Source of the DNA: an uncultured Elusimicrobiaceae bacterium | GTDB lineage: Bacteria > Elusimicrobiota > Elusimicrobia > Elusimicrobiales > UBA9959 | Reading direction: 5' to 3' | DNA length: 64,000 nucleotides | Assembly (NCBI GenBank): GCA_964415175.1 | Contig: CAYPYG010000007.1 | Span: 10,869 to 74,868, forward strand | Shown here: positions 44,400 to 54,871 of the stretch, one piece after another | Layout: each line of letters starts with the position of its first letter | Numbering within the stretch: the stretch's first letter is position 1 | Notes under the pieces: generated by a model | Database searches by the model: none | Seen by the model: only the letters and a program-made list of their open reading frames with translations | What the model was told of the DNA's origin: nothing | Program-made: the position numbers and the translations under genes

Positions 44400-45152
44400 A
44401 TGCGCCTTAAATTCCTGACCATAAACCTGCACAAGGGCTTTTCGCCGCTCAACCGCCGTTTCTCGCTGCCGGCGCTGGGCGAACGCATACGCGCCACCGG
44501 CGCGGACGTTATCTTCCTGCAGGAGGCGGTGGGGGAGAACGTGCGGAAGGCGGCGAAATACGCGCACTGGCCCTCCCGTCCTCAGCACGAGTACCTGGCC
44601 GGGGCCTCCGGCTTCGACCATGTTTACGGCCGCAACGCCGTCTACGCGGCCGGACATCACGGCAACGCGATCGTCTCGAGGTTCCCGATACTGCTGACCG
44701 AAAGGACCGACATCTCCACCAACCGGGTGGAGAAGCGCGGGGCCCTGTACGCGGCGCTGGGATTGCCGGGCGGCCGGACGCTGCACGCGCTCTGCCTGCA
44801 CCTGGGACTGCTCTGCGTTTCCCGCCGCAAACAGCTCTCGATGATAGCGGACTACCTGGAGAGGCATGTCCCCGCCGGCGAGCCGCTGGTGGTCGCGGGC
44901 GACTTCAACGAATGGCGGCGGCGCGAACGGGACGAGCTGGAGGTCCGGCTGGGGATGCGGGACGCGGGCCACGAGCTGCACGGGCGGAAGCTGCGCACTT
45001 TTCCCTGCGCCTTCCCCTGCTTCCCGCTGGACAGGATATACCTGCGGGGTTTCCGGGTACTGCGGGCGAAGGTGCTGCACGCCGGGGCCTGGCGCAATCT
45101 CTCCGACCACGCCGCCTTCTACGCCGAGGCGGAGACAGTGGAAGCCCTCTGA
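44400..45152 (+). CDS. endonuclease/exonuclease/phosphatase (EEP) family protein
   Basis: 250 aa with ADVIFLQE, GNAIVSRFP, VVAGDFNEW and the C-terminal SDHAA motif. Confidence 0.8.
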   Translation: MRLKFLTINLHKGFSPLNRRFSLPALGERIRATGADVIFLQEAVGENVRKAAKYAHWPSRPQHEYLAGASGFDHVYGRNAVYAAGHHGNAIVSRFPILLTERTDISTNRVEKRGALYAALGLPGGRTLHALCLHLGLLCVSRRKQLSMIADYLERHVPAGEPLVVAGDFNEWRRRERDELEVRLGMRDAGHELHGRKLRTFPCAFPCFPLDRIYLRGFRVLRAKVLHAGAWRNLSDHAAFYAEAETVEAL

Positions 45153-45173
45153 AAACATCCGCGTAAAAGCGCA

Positions 45174-45205
45174 GGGGGGCGCGACATTACGTTGTCGCGC
45201 CCCCC
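45174..45205. terminator. hairpin between convergent genes (candidate terminator)
   Basis: GGGGGGCGCGACA-TTACGT-TGTCGCGCCCCCC, a perfect 13-bp stem with only weak flanking T/A runs. Confidence 0.5.
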
Positions 45206-45232
45206 TTCTACGCTTTATGTATGAACGCTCGT

Positions 45233-46216
45233 CTATTCGGCCGCGGCCATGCAGAGCATCGGCGCCGCCGCCCTGAATTCCTGCGTACCGGAGAGGTCGG
45301 TGCGGAATATTTCCGCGCCGGCCTCAAGCAGGCGGGAGACGGCCTCGGGATGCGGATGCCCGTAATTGTTAGAGCCGACCTCTATGTAGGCCCTCGCGGG
45401 ACGGACAGCCGCCAGGAAAGGCGAGGTGGAGGAGTACCTGCTGCCGTGATGGCCCACCTTGAGTATGTCGGAACGGAGACCGGCGCCGTACTCCTTCACC
45501 AGCCGGGCCTCGACGTCCTCTCCCGCGTCGCCGGTGAAAAGGAGGGAAGCGCCGCCGTATTCGAGCCGCACGACTATCGAGCAGTTGTTGAGGGTCTCGC
45601 TGTTCTTGCTCGCGAAAGGCTCGTGGCAGGAACTGAGCACTTTCACTTCCACTCCGGCGGACCAGTCGAGGACTTCGCCGGGAGCGGGATAAACGGTCGT
45701 CACGCCCAGTTCCTCCGCCTTCGCCCGGACCGCGTTGTCGCCCGTGGCGGAGGAATTGTCCACGCGGGTGTCGTAGAAGGCGCCCACCGTGTAATTGGCG
45801 AAGACGTGCTGCAGTCCCTTGTAATGGTCGGAATGGGGATGGGTCAGCACCACATGGTCTATGGAAGAGATCCCCCGTTCCCTGAGGAACAGCGCCAGCG
45901 GTCCGGAAGAGGAAGAGGAGGGGCCCCCGTCTATGAGAGCGTTCTTCCCGTCCGGGAACTCCACGTAGATCGCGTCGCCCTGGCCGACGCTGACGAAATA
46001 GACGCTGAGGCCGGGAGCGGGGCGCAGCAGCGTCGCCTCCGGCGGTTCGGCGGCAGGCAGGGGCGCCAGGAAGGCGGCGGCGCCCTCCGCCAGGGAGGCC
46101 AGGGAATCGAAGGCCTCCCCGGCGCGCGCCGGGGCGTAAAGAGAGACGGAAAGGAGGAACGCCGCGAATACGGACTTCAGGACGGCTGCGACTTCATTCG
46201 ACGCTGAACGGGCCAT
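45233..46216 (-). CDS. secreted MBL-fold metallo-hydrolase (ComEC C-terminal-domain-like)
   Basis: Start taken at ATG 46216 (SD GAGGTGG 6 nt upstream) rather than GTG 46225. A signal peptide is present, with the HxHxDH motif VLTHPHSDHYKG and a later GHHGS. Confidence 0.8.
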   Translation of the reverse strand: MARSASNEVAAVLKSVFAAFLLSVSLYAPARAGEAFDSLASLAEGAAAFLAPLPAAEPPEATLLRPAPGLSVYFVSVGQGDAIYVEFPDGKNALIDGGPSSSSSGPLALFLRERGISSIDHVVLTHPHSDHYKGLQHVFANYTVGAFYDTRVDNSSATGDNAVRAKAEELGVTTVYPAPGEVLDWSAGVEVKVLSSCHEPFASKNSETLNNCSIVVRLEYGGASLLFTGDAGEDVEARLVKEYGAGLRSDILKVGHHGSRYSSTSPFLAAVRPARAYIEVGSNNYGHPHPEAVSRLLEAGAEIFRTDLSGTQEFRAAAPMLCMAAAE

Positions 46217-46298
46217 AGTATCCACCTCAGCAAGACTTACAACGCCTGGTATTCCGCGCCGAGTGGTGAATCCGGATTAAGGTCCGGAGGTGGATACT
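46217..46298 (-). promoter_or_regulatory. 5' leader helix sequestering the SD of the MBL hydrolase gene
   Basis: In the minus-strand RNA, AGUAUCCACCUC (46298-46287) is perfectly complementary to GAGGUGGAUACU (46228-46217), which contains the SD and abuts the AUG. The two are about 58 nt apart, with a CCGGA hairpin between them. Confidence 0.4.
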
Positions 46299-46486
46299 CC
46301 CCGGCCTATCCCGGGGATTACACAGCGGCAGATATAACCTATGGACAAAAGACCCCCCGGGCAAGGACCAAAGGGCCTATATGTCCATAGGACCTTAGAC
46401 CTACTGTCAAGCGCCGGGGCGCCCGGCCGGACGCCGCCCGGGGAGCACGCGCCCGCCGGCGACGTTCCGTTTAGTAGAATATAAGC

Positions 46487-47206
46487 ATGGCCGAAGAAAT
46501 GACCCCGCCTTTAAGGATAGTCCTGGCCCGTCCGCGAAACCCCGTGAACATCGGGGCGGCGGCGAGAGCCATGGTCAACTTCGGCCTCTCGGACCTGGCG
46601 GCCGCCGACCCTCATCCTCCGGTCTGGAAAGAGGCGCTGACCGAGAACCGGGCGGCCGTGGGGGCCGGACACCTGCTGGACAGGGCGGCGGTATGCGGGT
46701 CCATCCCGTCCGCGGCGGAGGGCTGCTCCCTGGTCCTTGGCACTTCGGCGCTGAACAGGCGCAGCCCCGACAGGGAAGTAATACCCCTGCCGCTGGCCGC
46801 CGAATATATAAGGAAGAACTCCGGCGGCGGACGCACCGCGATAGTCTTCGGACCGGAAAAGCACGGCCTTACGGAGGAGGATCTCTCCCATTGCCGGGCC
46901 ATCATAGCGGTCCCGACCGCCGACGCGCAGCCCTCCATGAACCTGGGCCACGCCGTGGCCGTGGTCTGCTATGAACTGGCGGGCAGGGCCGGTCCCTCGG
47001 AGGGGGGAAGGGCCGCGCGGCCGCCCAGAGCGGAGGCTTCCCCGGGGGAACTGGATTCCACCGCGGCGGAGATCATCGGTTTTATCGAAAGGACCGGAGG
47101 CGGGAAGTCGCCGGCCCAGATACGGCGCGCCGTACAGGACCTGGCCGGGGAAAAAGAGGCCCTTTCGCTGCTGCGGCTGCTCGTCCGCAGGGCGTCAGAT
47201 ACTTAG
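46487..47206 (+). CDS. SpoU/TrmH-family RNA 2'-O-methyltransferase (TrmJ-like)
   Basis: 239 aa with RPRNPVNIGAAARAM, IVFGPEKHGLT and SMNLGHAVAVVCYE motifs. Confidence 0.8.
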   Translation: MAEEMTPPLRIVLARPRNPVNIGAAARAMVNFGLSDLAAADPHPPVWKEALTENRAAVGAGHLLDRAAVCGSIPSAAEGCSLVLGTSALNRRSPDREVIPLPLAAEYIRKNSGGGRTAIVFGPEKHGLTEEDLSHCRAIIAVPTADAQPSMNLGHAVAVVCYELAGRAGPSEGGRAARPPRAEASPGELDSTAAEIIGFIERTGGGKSPAQIRRAVQDLAGEKEALSLLRLLVRRASDT

Positions 47207-47247
47207 AACGGGGATCCCGGGCCGCGGGGATTACTCCCCGGTCCGGT

Positions 47248-49362
47248 TCATTTCCCTATTCCCTCCAGCTCCAGCATGAAAGCGTATTCCAGCGCGACCA
47301 GTTTGAGCGCCTCGAAGCGTCCCGACTTGCCGCCGTGGCCTACCTCCATGTCGGTCTTCAGCACCAGCGGCTCCGAGTCGTTCTTCAGGGCGCGGAGCTT
47401 CGCAGCCCATTTGGCCGGTTCCCAGTACTGTACCTGGGAGTCGTGCAGGCCGGCCGTTATGAACATCGCCGGGTAGGCCTTCTCGGAAACATTGTCGTAG
47501 GGGGAATACGAGAGCATGTACTCGTAGTCCTCTTTCACGTTCGGATCCCCCCATTCGTCGTATTCCCCGGTGGTCAGCGGGATGCTGTCGTCGAGCATGG
47601 TCGTCACCACGTCCACGAAAGGGACCTCGGCCAGGATGGAGCGGTAAAGGCCGTCCGGCGCCATGTTGGCGACGGCGCCCATCAGCAGGCCTCCGGCCGA
47701 GCCGCCCTCCGCGTGCACGCGGCCGCGGGCGGCGTAGCCTGCCTTCACCAGGTAGTCGGTGGCGTCGATGAAGTCGTTGAAGGTGTTGATCTTCCTGCGC
47801 TGCCGGCCCTCCTCGTACCAGGCCCGGCCCAGTTCGGAGCCGCCGCGGATATGCGGTATGGCGCAGACGAAGCCCCTGTCGAGCAGCGAAAGCCTGACGG
47901 AGCTGAAATACGGATCGGAATTGGAGCCGTAGGAACCGTAGGAATAAATGTGCAGCGGAGCCCCGGAGCCCCGGCGGAAATCCTTCCGGTAGACCAGCGA
48001 AACCGGGATCTTCGCCCCGTCCCGGGCGGGAGCCCAGACGCGCTCCGAGACATAATCCTCCGGCCGGAAACCGCCCAGCACCTCCTGGCGCTTGAGAAGT
48101 TTCTTTTCCCGCGAGGCCATATCGTAGTCGTAGACGGAATCCGGGGTGGTCAGCGATTCGTAGTTGAAGCGCAGGAGCCCGGAATCGTACTCCCTGTTGA
48201 CGCCGGCGGAGGCCAGGTAGGCGGGATCGTCGAATTCCAGGTAATGTTCCCCGCCGCCGGAACGGCTCATTACGCGCAGCAGCGGAAGCCCGCCCCGCCG
48301 CTCGGAGACCACCAGCCAGCCGCGGAAGGCGTCGATATCCTCGACGAGCGTGTCCTCGCGGTGGGGGAGGAAATCCTTCCACGGACCGGGGCCGCCCGGC
48401 AGGTCTTCGGCTTCCGAGACCATGAAATTCCTGGCGTTCCTGTTGTGCAGGACGTAGAACCTGTCGCCCGCGTGCTCCGGCGCGTATTCCAGGCCGCGTT
48501 CGCGCGGCAGGAACAGACGCCACTCTCCGGCCGGCGCGGAGGCGTCGAGGTAGCGGTACTCGGTGGTCAGCGTGGCCTGCGAACCGATGAACAGGTATTT
48601 GCGGCTGCGCGACTTGGCGACGAAAGCGGTGAAGGTCTCGTCGGGCTCGTTATAGACCTCGGTATCCGCGGCGGAGCCCAGCTCATGCCTGAAGATCCTG
48701 TCCCAGCGCAGGGTCTCCGGGTGCTGCTTGGCGTAGAAGAGCGTTTTGCCGTCCTCCGCCCAGACCAGGTTGGGGGTCACGTTCTCCAGGCGGTCCGGCA
48801 GGACCTCGCCGGTGCGCAGGTCCTTGAAGCGGACGGTATAGAAACGGCGGCCTTTGGTGTCCGCGGCCCAGGCCATTAGATTGTGGTCCGGGCTCATCAC
48901 CGGGAAGCGGGCGTCGAAGAAGGCGTGGCCCCGGGCCTCCTTGTTGACGTCGAGAAGTATCTCCTCTTTCCCCGACGGGGAGCCGGCCCGGCGGCAGTAG
49001 AGCGGGTATTCGCCGCCTTTTTTGTAGCGGGTGTAATAATAGTAAGGCCCGTCCTTGTACGGCGGGGTGGAATCGTCCTTCTTTATCCTGGACTTCATCT
49101 CCGCGAACAGCGAGGAGGAGAATTTCTTCACCGGGGCCAGGACGGCGTCGGCGTAGGCGTTCTCGGCTTTCAGGTATTCCAGCACCTCCGGGGTATCCCG
49201 TTCGCGCAGCCAGAAATAATCGTCCGTCCTGACATGGCCGTGCTTCTCGAGACGGTGGGGGACCTTGGCGGCCTTGGGAGGGACCGGCCGCTCTCCCCCG
49301 GCATGCGCGACGCCCGCCGCGAAAACTCCCGCGAAGACCAGCACCCAGTCAAGGTTGTTCAT
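47248..49362 (-). CDS. S9A-family serine peptidase (oligopeptidase B / prolyl oligopeptidase-like), exported
   Basis: 704 aa. A beta-propeller N-terminal domain and a catalytic domain with GGSAGGLLMG (Ser), a later Asp and GHGG (His). Confidence 0.88.
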   Translation of the reverse strand: MNNLDWVLVFAGVFAAGVAHAGGERPVPPKAAKVPHRLEKHGHVRTDDYFWLRERDTPEVLEYLKAENAYADAVLAPVKKFSSSLFAEMKSRIKKDDSTPPYKDGPYYYYTRYKKGGEYPLYCRRAGSPSGKEEILLDVNKEARGHAFFDARFPVMSPDHNLMAWAADTKGRRFYTVRFKDLRTGEVLPDRLENVTPNLVWAEDGKTLFYAKQHPETLRWDRIFRHELGSAADTEVYNEPDETFTAFVAKSRSRKYLFIGSQATLTTEYRYLDASAPAGEWRLFLPRERGLEYAPEHAGDRFYVLHNRNARNFMVSEAEDLPGGPGPWKDFLPHREDTLVEDIDAFRGWLVVSERRGGLPLLRVMSRSGGGEHYLEFDDPAYLASAGVNREYDSGLLRFNYESLTTPDSVYDYDMASREKKLLKRQEVLGGFRPEDYVSERVWAPARDGAKIPVSLVYRKDFRRGSGAPLHIYSYGSYGSNSDPYFSSVRLSLLDRGFVCAIPHIRGGSELGRAWYEEGRQRRKINTFNDFIDATDYLVKAGYAARGRVHAEGGSAGGLLMGAVANMAPDGLYRSILAEVPFVDVVTTMLDDSIPLTTGEYDEWGDPNVKEDYEYMLSYSPYDNVSEKAYPAMFITAGLHDSQVQYWEPAKWAAKLRALKNDSEPLVLKTDMEVGHGGKSGRFEALKLVALEYAFMLELEGIGK

Positions 49363-50572
49363 TGAAATCCCCCGATATTATTCTTTTGAGCCTGGCCTGC
49401 GCCGGCGTGTCCGGCTTCATGACGCCCCAGGCCAGTATCAGGGCGGTAGCGAGTATGAGCAGCACGAGCGCCGCCGCGGGGATCCCCGGCATGTGCAGGG
49501 CGGGCGGAATGCTGAGATAGAGCAGGACGGTTATCAGGCCGCGCGGGGCGATATAGGCCAGCGAATGCGCCGCCCCGCCCGCGGCGCGGCGGAGGGGCAG
49601 CCAGCGCCCCAGGTAGATGAACCCCAGCACCGGCAGGGCGACGCGGAAAGCGTCCGGGGCGAAGAGCTCGCGGAGGTCCGTGGAGTAGCCGAGCAGCAGG
49701 AAGAAGAAGGTCTTTATTACGAAAGTGGTCTCGCGCACTATCCCGCCGAACTGGTCCATCTCCTCGCGCAGCCGGTCCACGTCGAAGTAGAAGCGCAGGT
49801 TGCCGCGGACGAACTTGCCTATATTATTGGCGAAAAGCCCGAAGACCAGGACCAGCACGAGCGGGGAGAAGTGCATCATCTTGGCCAGCGCGTAGACCAG
49901 CAGCAGCACGGAAAAGACCGGCAGGTACTTTATCTTGTGGTCTATCCGCTCTATGAGGGCCGCCAGCGCCAGCGAAAAGACCAGCGACAGCAGGATGGTC
50001 GTGATTATCTCGAAACCGAAGGAGAAATACGCCCCGAAGCCGAAGGTCTCGTTGAGCACCAGGAAGTTGAAGACGAGTATGCCCAGGATGTCCGAGAAGG
50101 AGCTTTCGTAGACGATGAACTCCTTCCTGTCCGCCGGGAGATGGCTCACTCCCGGTATGGCTATGGCGCTGCTCATGACGGCCAGGGGCAGGGCGTTGAC
50201 CAGGCAGAGGCGCAGCCCGGCGGAAGGGAACAGCAGTTTATAGAAGGCCGCGATGAGCCCCAGCGTGGCCAGGAGGGAGAAAAAAGCGCTGAAGAGGCTG
50301 TTGCGTATCACCTCCACCTTGTCCCGCCCGAGCTCCAGGTCCAGCCCGGCCTCCAGGACTATGAGTATCAGGCCGAGCGTGCCCAGCGGGGGGAGTATGA
50401 CGCCGAGATAAGGGATATGCCAGCCGGCGCGGTCCATCAGGACCCGCACGACTATACCGGAGAGTATCAGGAAGACCAGCTGCGGCACGCGGGTCCTGGA
50501 CGAGAAAAAATCGAAAAGGTAGGAGACCAGGATCACGGAACTTATGGTTATCAGTATTATATCCGCCGACAT
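49349..50572 (-). CDS. cation:proton antiporter (CPA1/CPA2 Na+/H+ exchanger family)
   Basis: About 12 TM spans. Start taken at ATG 50572 (SD GAGGAG 6 nt upstream) rather than 50599. The 3' end overlaps the peptidase start by 14 nt. Confidence 0.78.
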   Translation of the reverse strand: MSADIILITISSVILVSYLFDFFSSRTRVPQLVFLILSGIVVRVLMDRAGWHIPYLGVILPPLGTLGLILIVLEAGLDLELGRDKVEVIRNSLFSAFFSLLATLGLIAAFYKLLFPSAGLRLCLVNALPLAVMSSAIAIPGVSHLPADRKEFIVYESSFSDILGILVFNFLVLNETFGFGAYFSFGFEIITTILLSLVFSLALAALIERIDHKIKYLPVFSVLLLVYALAKMMHFSPLVLVLVFGLFANNIGKFVRGNLRFYFDVDRLREEMDQFGGIVRETTFVIKTFFFLLLGYSTDLRELFAPDAFRVALPVLGFIYLGRWLPLRRAAGGAAHSLAYIAPRGLITVLLYLSIPPALHMPGIPAAALVLLILATALILAWGVMKPDTPAQARLKRIISGDFNEQP

Positions 50573-50621
50573 CGGGGGCTCCTCGCGCGTCCGTATCATT
50601 ATACAAGTATTGTGGTTTTCC

Positions 50622-50650
50622 TTGCGCCGGCCCGGCTAAGTATTTATAAT
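50622..50650 (+). promoter_or_regulatory. candidate otsA promoter TTGCGC-17 nt-TATAAT
   Basis: TTGCGC (50622-50627), a 17-nt spacer, TATAAT (50645-50650), then the SD GGAGGA and ATG 50694. Confidence 0.5.
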
Positions 50651-50693
50651 CTACCCGCGGGAGATCTATCCGCTGGAACGCCTGGAGGACGAT

Positions 50694-52172
<1,479 letters not shown>

Positions 52173-52206
52173 GGATGCACCTCGGAATGGCGGCCGGGAG
52201 GCCCCG

Positions 52207-52998
52207 ATGAAGCGCATAGTGCGCGAACTTTTCTCCCGCGCGGGCGCGGCCCGCGGCCCGGGGCGTCTCTGTCTGATGCTGGATTTCGACGGCACCCTCT
52301 CGGAGATGGCGCCGACGCCGGAGGCGGCGCGCTTCTACCCTCCCGCCAGGCGCGCCCTGCTGCGCCTCTCCCGCCTGCCCGGGGTCACCGTGGCCCTGGT
52401 CAGCGGCAGGGACGTCTCCGACCTGCGCCGCAAGGCCGGCCTGACCCGGGCGGTCTACTGCGGCAATCACGGCCTCGAACTGCCCGGCTTCCGCCTGCCG
52501 GCGCCGGTGGAGGCGTCCAAGCGCGCTTTCCGCCGCTCCTGCCGGCCGGCGCTGCGGCTGCTCCGCGGGATAAAGGACCGGTACCCCGGCGCCTGGATAC
52601 AGGCGAAGCGCTTCTCCGTGACCCTGCATTACAGGGCGCTCCCGGACCGGGCGGCGGCCGCCATGGCCGCGGAACTGCGGAAAGCGGCCCGCGCGTTCTC
52701 CCGCATGCCCGGCCTGCGCGCGGTGGAAGGGAAAAAGGTCCTGGAGCTCCGGCCGCGGGCCGCTTTCCACAAGGGAGCCGCCTGCCTGCTCCTGCTCGCC
52801 CGCAGAGGGGGCGCGGGATTCTACATGGGCGACGATGTCACGGACGAGGACGCTTTCAGGGCGCTGCGCGGCAGGGCCGTGACCGTTTTCGTCGGGCCGC
52901 GCGGCAGGCCTACCGCGGCGGCGGCGAGGGTCCCGGACCACCGCGCCGCCGCGGCGCTGCTGGAACGGATACTCGAGGCCGCAGGGGAGGAGGAATGA
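52207..52998 (+). CDS. otsB: trehalose-phosphatase (HAD family)
   Basis: 263 aa. LMLDFDGTL (DxDGT), VSGR, and a late GDDVTDEDAF motif. Confidence 0.85.
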   Translation: MKRIVRELFSRAGAARGPGRLCLMLDFDGTLSEMAPTPEAARFYPPARRALLRLSRLPGVTVALVSGRDVSDLRRKAGLTRAVYCGNHGLELPGFRLPAPVEASKRAFRRSCRPALRLLRGIKDRYPGAWIQAKRFSVTLHYRALPDRAAAAMAAELRKAARAFSRMPGLRAVEGKKVLELRPRAAFHKGAACLLLLARRGGAGFYMGDDVTDEDAFRALRGRAVTVFVGPRGRPTAAAARVPDHRAAAALLERILEAAGEEE

Positions 52999-53660
52999 AG
53001 GAAGCGCGCGGGGCGACGGCGCCTTTCAGGTTCTATACCCGCCTGCAGATGACCGAACTGACGGGCCGCAGGGCCTCCAACCTGCAGGAGCTGACCGACA
53101 CGATCCGCGGCGTCAGCGGTTCGTCCATATACCACCACACGCACCGGTTCCTGCAGCAGCACCAGTCCCTTTCGCCCGAACCGCCCAACGACTTCGCGTA
53201 CTGGATAGCGGGAGAACTGGGCGAGGAGACGCTGGCCGAACGGCTCTACAGCCTCGACATCATGCGTTTCGACTCGATACGGGCCCTGCGCGAGGCGATC
53301 GTGGCCACCATCGAGGGCTACGTGAGGACCAATCCGCTGGCCTCGCTGAAATTCGCCGCGGAAGGGGGGGAGTTCCATTTCCTCAAATCCGTAAGCTTCA
53401 TCATGCCGACCAGGTACGAGGCCAGCGACCTGCGGGAGTTCGCGGACATCCTCTCCAGGATCACGGTCGACTCGATCTATTACCACGTCTTCGAATCCCG
53501 CCTGCGCCTGGAGAAAGGCAAGAACGATTTCTCTAAATGGTTCGAAGATTGCCTCGGCGACCGCGAACTGGCCGCGCTGGTGGAAAGGCTGGACCCCTAC
53601 ACCCAGACCCTCGAGGACCTGCGCCGCAACCTGCTGCGCGGCATAGAAAGGAGCCTCTGA
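52995..53660 (+). CDS. DUF5752-like protein, function unknown
   Basis: 221 aa. FRFYT...L.EL...I..V...SIYHHTHRF and a second SIYYHVFESR half. Family assigned from memory. ATGA- and TGATG-coupled to both neighbours. Confidence 0.45.
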   Translation: MKEARGATAPFRFYTRLQMTELTGRRASNLQELTDTIRGVSGSSIYHHTHRFLQQHQSLSPEPPNDFAYWIAGELGEETLAERLYSLDIMRFDSIRALREAIVATIEGYVRTNPLASLKFAAEGGEFHFLKSVSFIMPTRYEASDLREFADILSRITVDSIYYHVFESRLRLEKGKNDFSKWFEDCLGDRELAALVERLDPYTQTLEDLRRNLLRGIERSL

Positions 53661-54871
53661 TGCCCCTCATCGAAGACTACGCGCCGATCGTCGGGCAGAA
53701 CGTCATAGACGACATCAGGCTGCTCTCGGAACGCCTCAGAGGCAGGACCGTGAAGAACGTCAATTCCACCGCCGTAGGGGGCGGGGTGGCCGAGATCCTC
53801 AACCGGATGGTGCCGCTGCTCAGGCAGATGGGGATAGAGGCCTCCTGGGACGTCATCAAGGGAGGCGACGCCTTCTTCGCCGTGACCAAGAAGATACACA
53901 ACGCCCTGCACGGCGGCGCGGAAACGCTGACCGCGCAGGACAAGGAGATCTTCATGGAGACCAGCCGCGCCAACATCGAGGCCGTGGACACCGGCGCGGA
54001 GATAATGTTCATACACGACCCCCAGCCGATGGGGCTGGTCGCGAAGAAGCGGGACAACAAATGGATCTGGCGCTGCCATGTCGACGTTTCCAGGCCCGAG
54101 CCCGGCACCTGGGACTTCCTGATGGGCTTCATCGGCGGCTACGACGCCTCGGTATTCTCGGCCCCGCAGTTCTCGCGCGAGCTGCCGCTGCGCCAGTTCC
54201 AGATAACGCCCTCCATAGACCCTCTCAGCGACAAGAACCGCGACCTGGAGCCGGAGCGCATAGCCTCCGTCATGGAGAAATACTCCATACCCCGCGATAA
54301 GCCGATAGTGACGCAGATCTCCCGTTTCGACCGTCTGAAGGACCCGCTCGGCGTGATAGAGGCCTGGCGCCTGGTGAAGAAGTACGTCGACTGCCGCCTG
54401 GTCCTGGCCGGCGGCGGGGCCGCCGACGACCCGGAGGGCATGCAGGTCTACGCCGAGGTCATGGAAAGGGCCAAAGGGGACCCCGATCTCCACGTGCTGC
54501 TGATGAAGCAGGACGATCTGGAGGTCAACGCGCTGCAGCGGGGCTCCGACATAATTATCCAGAAATCCCTGAAGGAAGGTTTCGGACTCACGGTCTCGGA
54601 GGCCCTCTGGAAAGGCAAGCCGGTGGTGGCTTCCGCCGTAGGGGGGATACCGCTCCAGGTCACCCACAAGCACTCCGGGCTCCTGTGCCGGTCGGTGGAA
54701 GGGGCGGCTTTCGCGCTGAAGCAGTTGCTCAACAGCCCCGACTACGCGCGGACGCTGGGCGCCAACGGCAGGGAACATGTCCGCCGCAATTTCCTGCTCA
54801 CCCGCCATCTGAAGGACTACATGCTGCTCTTCCTCGCCCTCTACCACGGCGAGGACCTGGTGAACATATGA
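53660..54871 (+). CDS. treT: trehalose glycosyltransferring synthase-like GT4 enzyme (TreT family)
   Basis: 403 aa. NSTAVGGGVAEIL, HDPQP, WRCHVD, PSIDPLSDKN, SRFDRLKDP and EGFGLTVSEALWKGKPVV closely parallel archaeal TreT as I recall it. SD AAAGGAG. Confidence 0.72.
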   Translation: MPLIEDYAPIVGQNVIDDIRLLSERLRGRTVKNVNSTAVGGGVAEILNRMVPLLRQMGIEASWDVIKGGDAFFAVTKKIHNALHGGAETLTAQDKEIFMETSRANIEAVDTGAEIMFIHDPQPMGLVAKKRDNKWIWRCHVDVSRPEPGTWDFLMGFIGGYDASVFSAPQFSRELPLRQFQITPSIDPLSDKNRDLEPERIASVMEKYSIPRDKPIVTQISRFDRLKDPLGVIEAWRLVKKYVDCRLVLAGGGAADDPEGMQVYAEVMERAKGDPDLHVLLMKQDDLEVNALQRGSDIIIQKSLKEGFGLTVSEALWKGKPVVASAVGGIPLQVTHKHSGLLCRSVEGAAFALKQLLNSPDYARTLGANGREHVRRNFLLTRHLKDYMLLFLALYHGEDLVNI

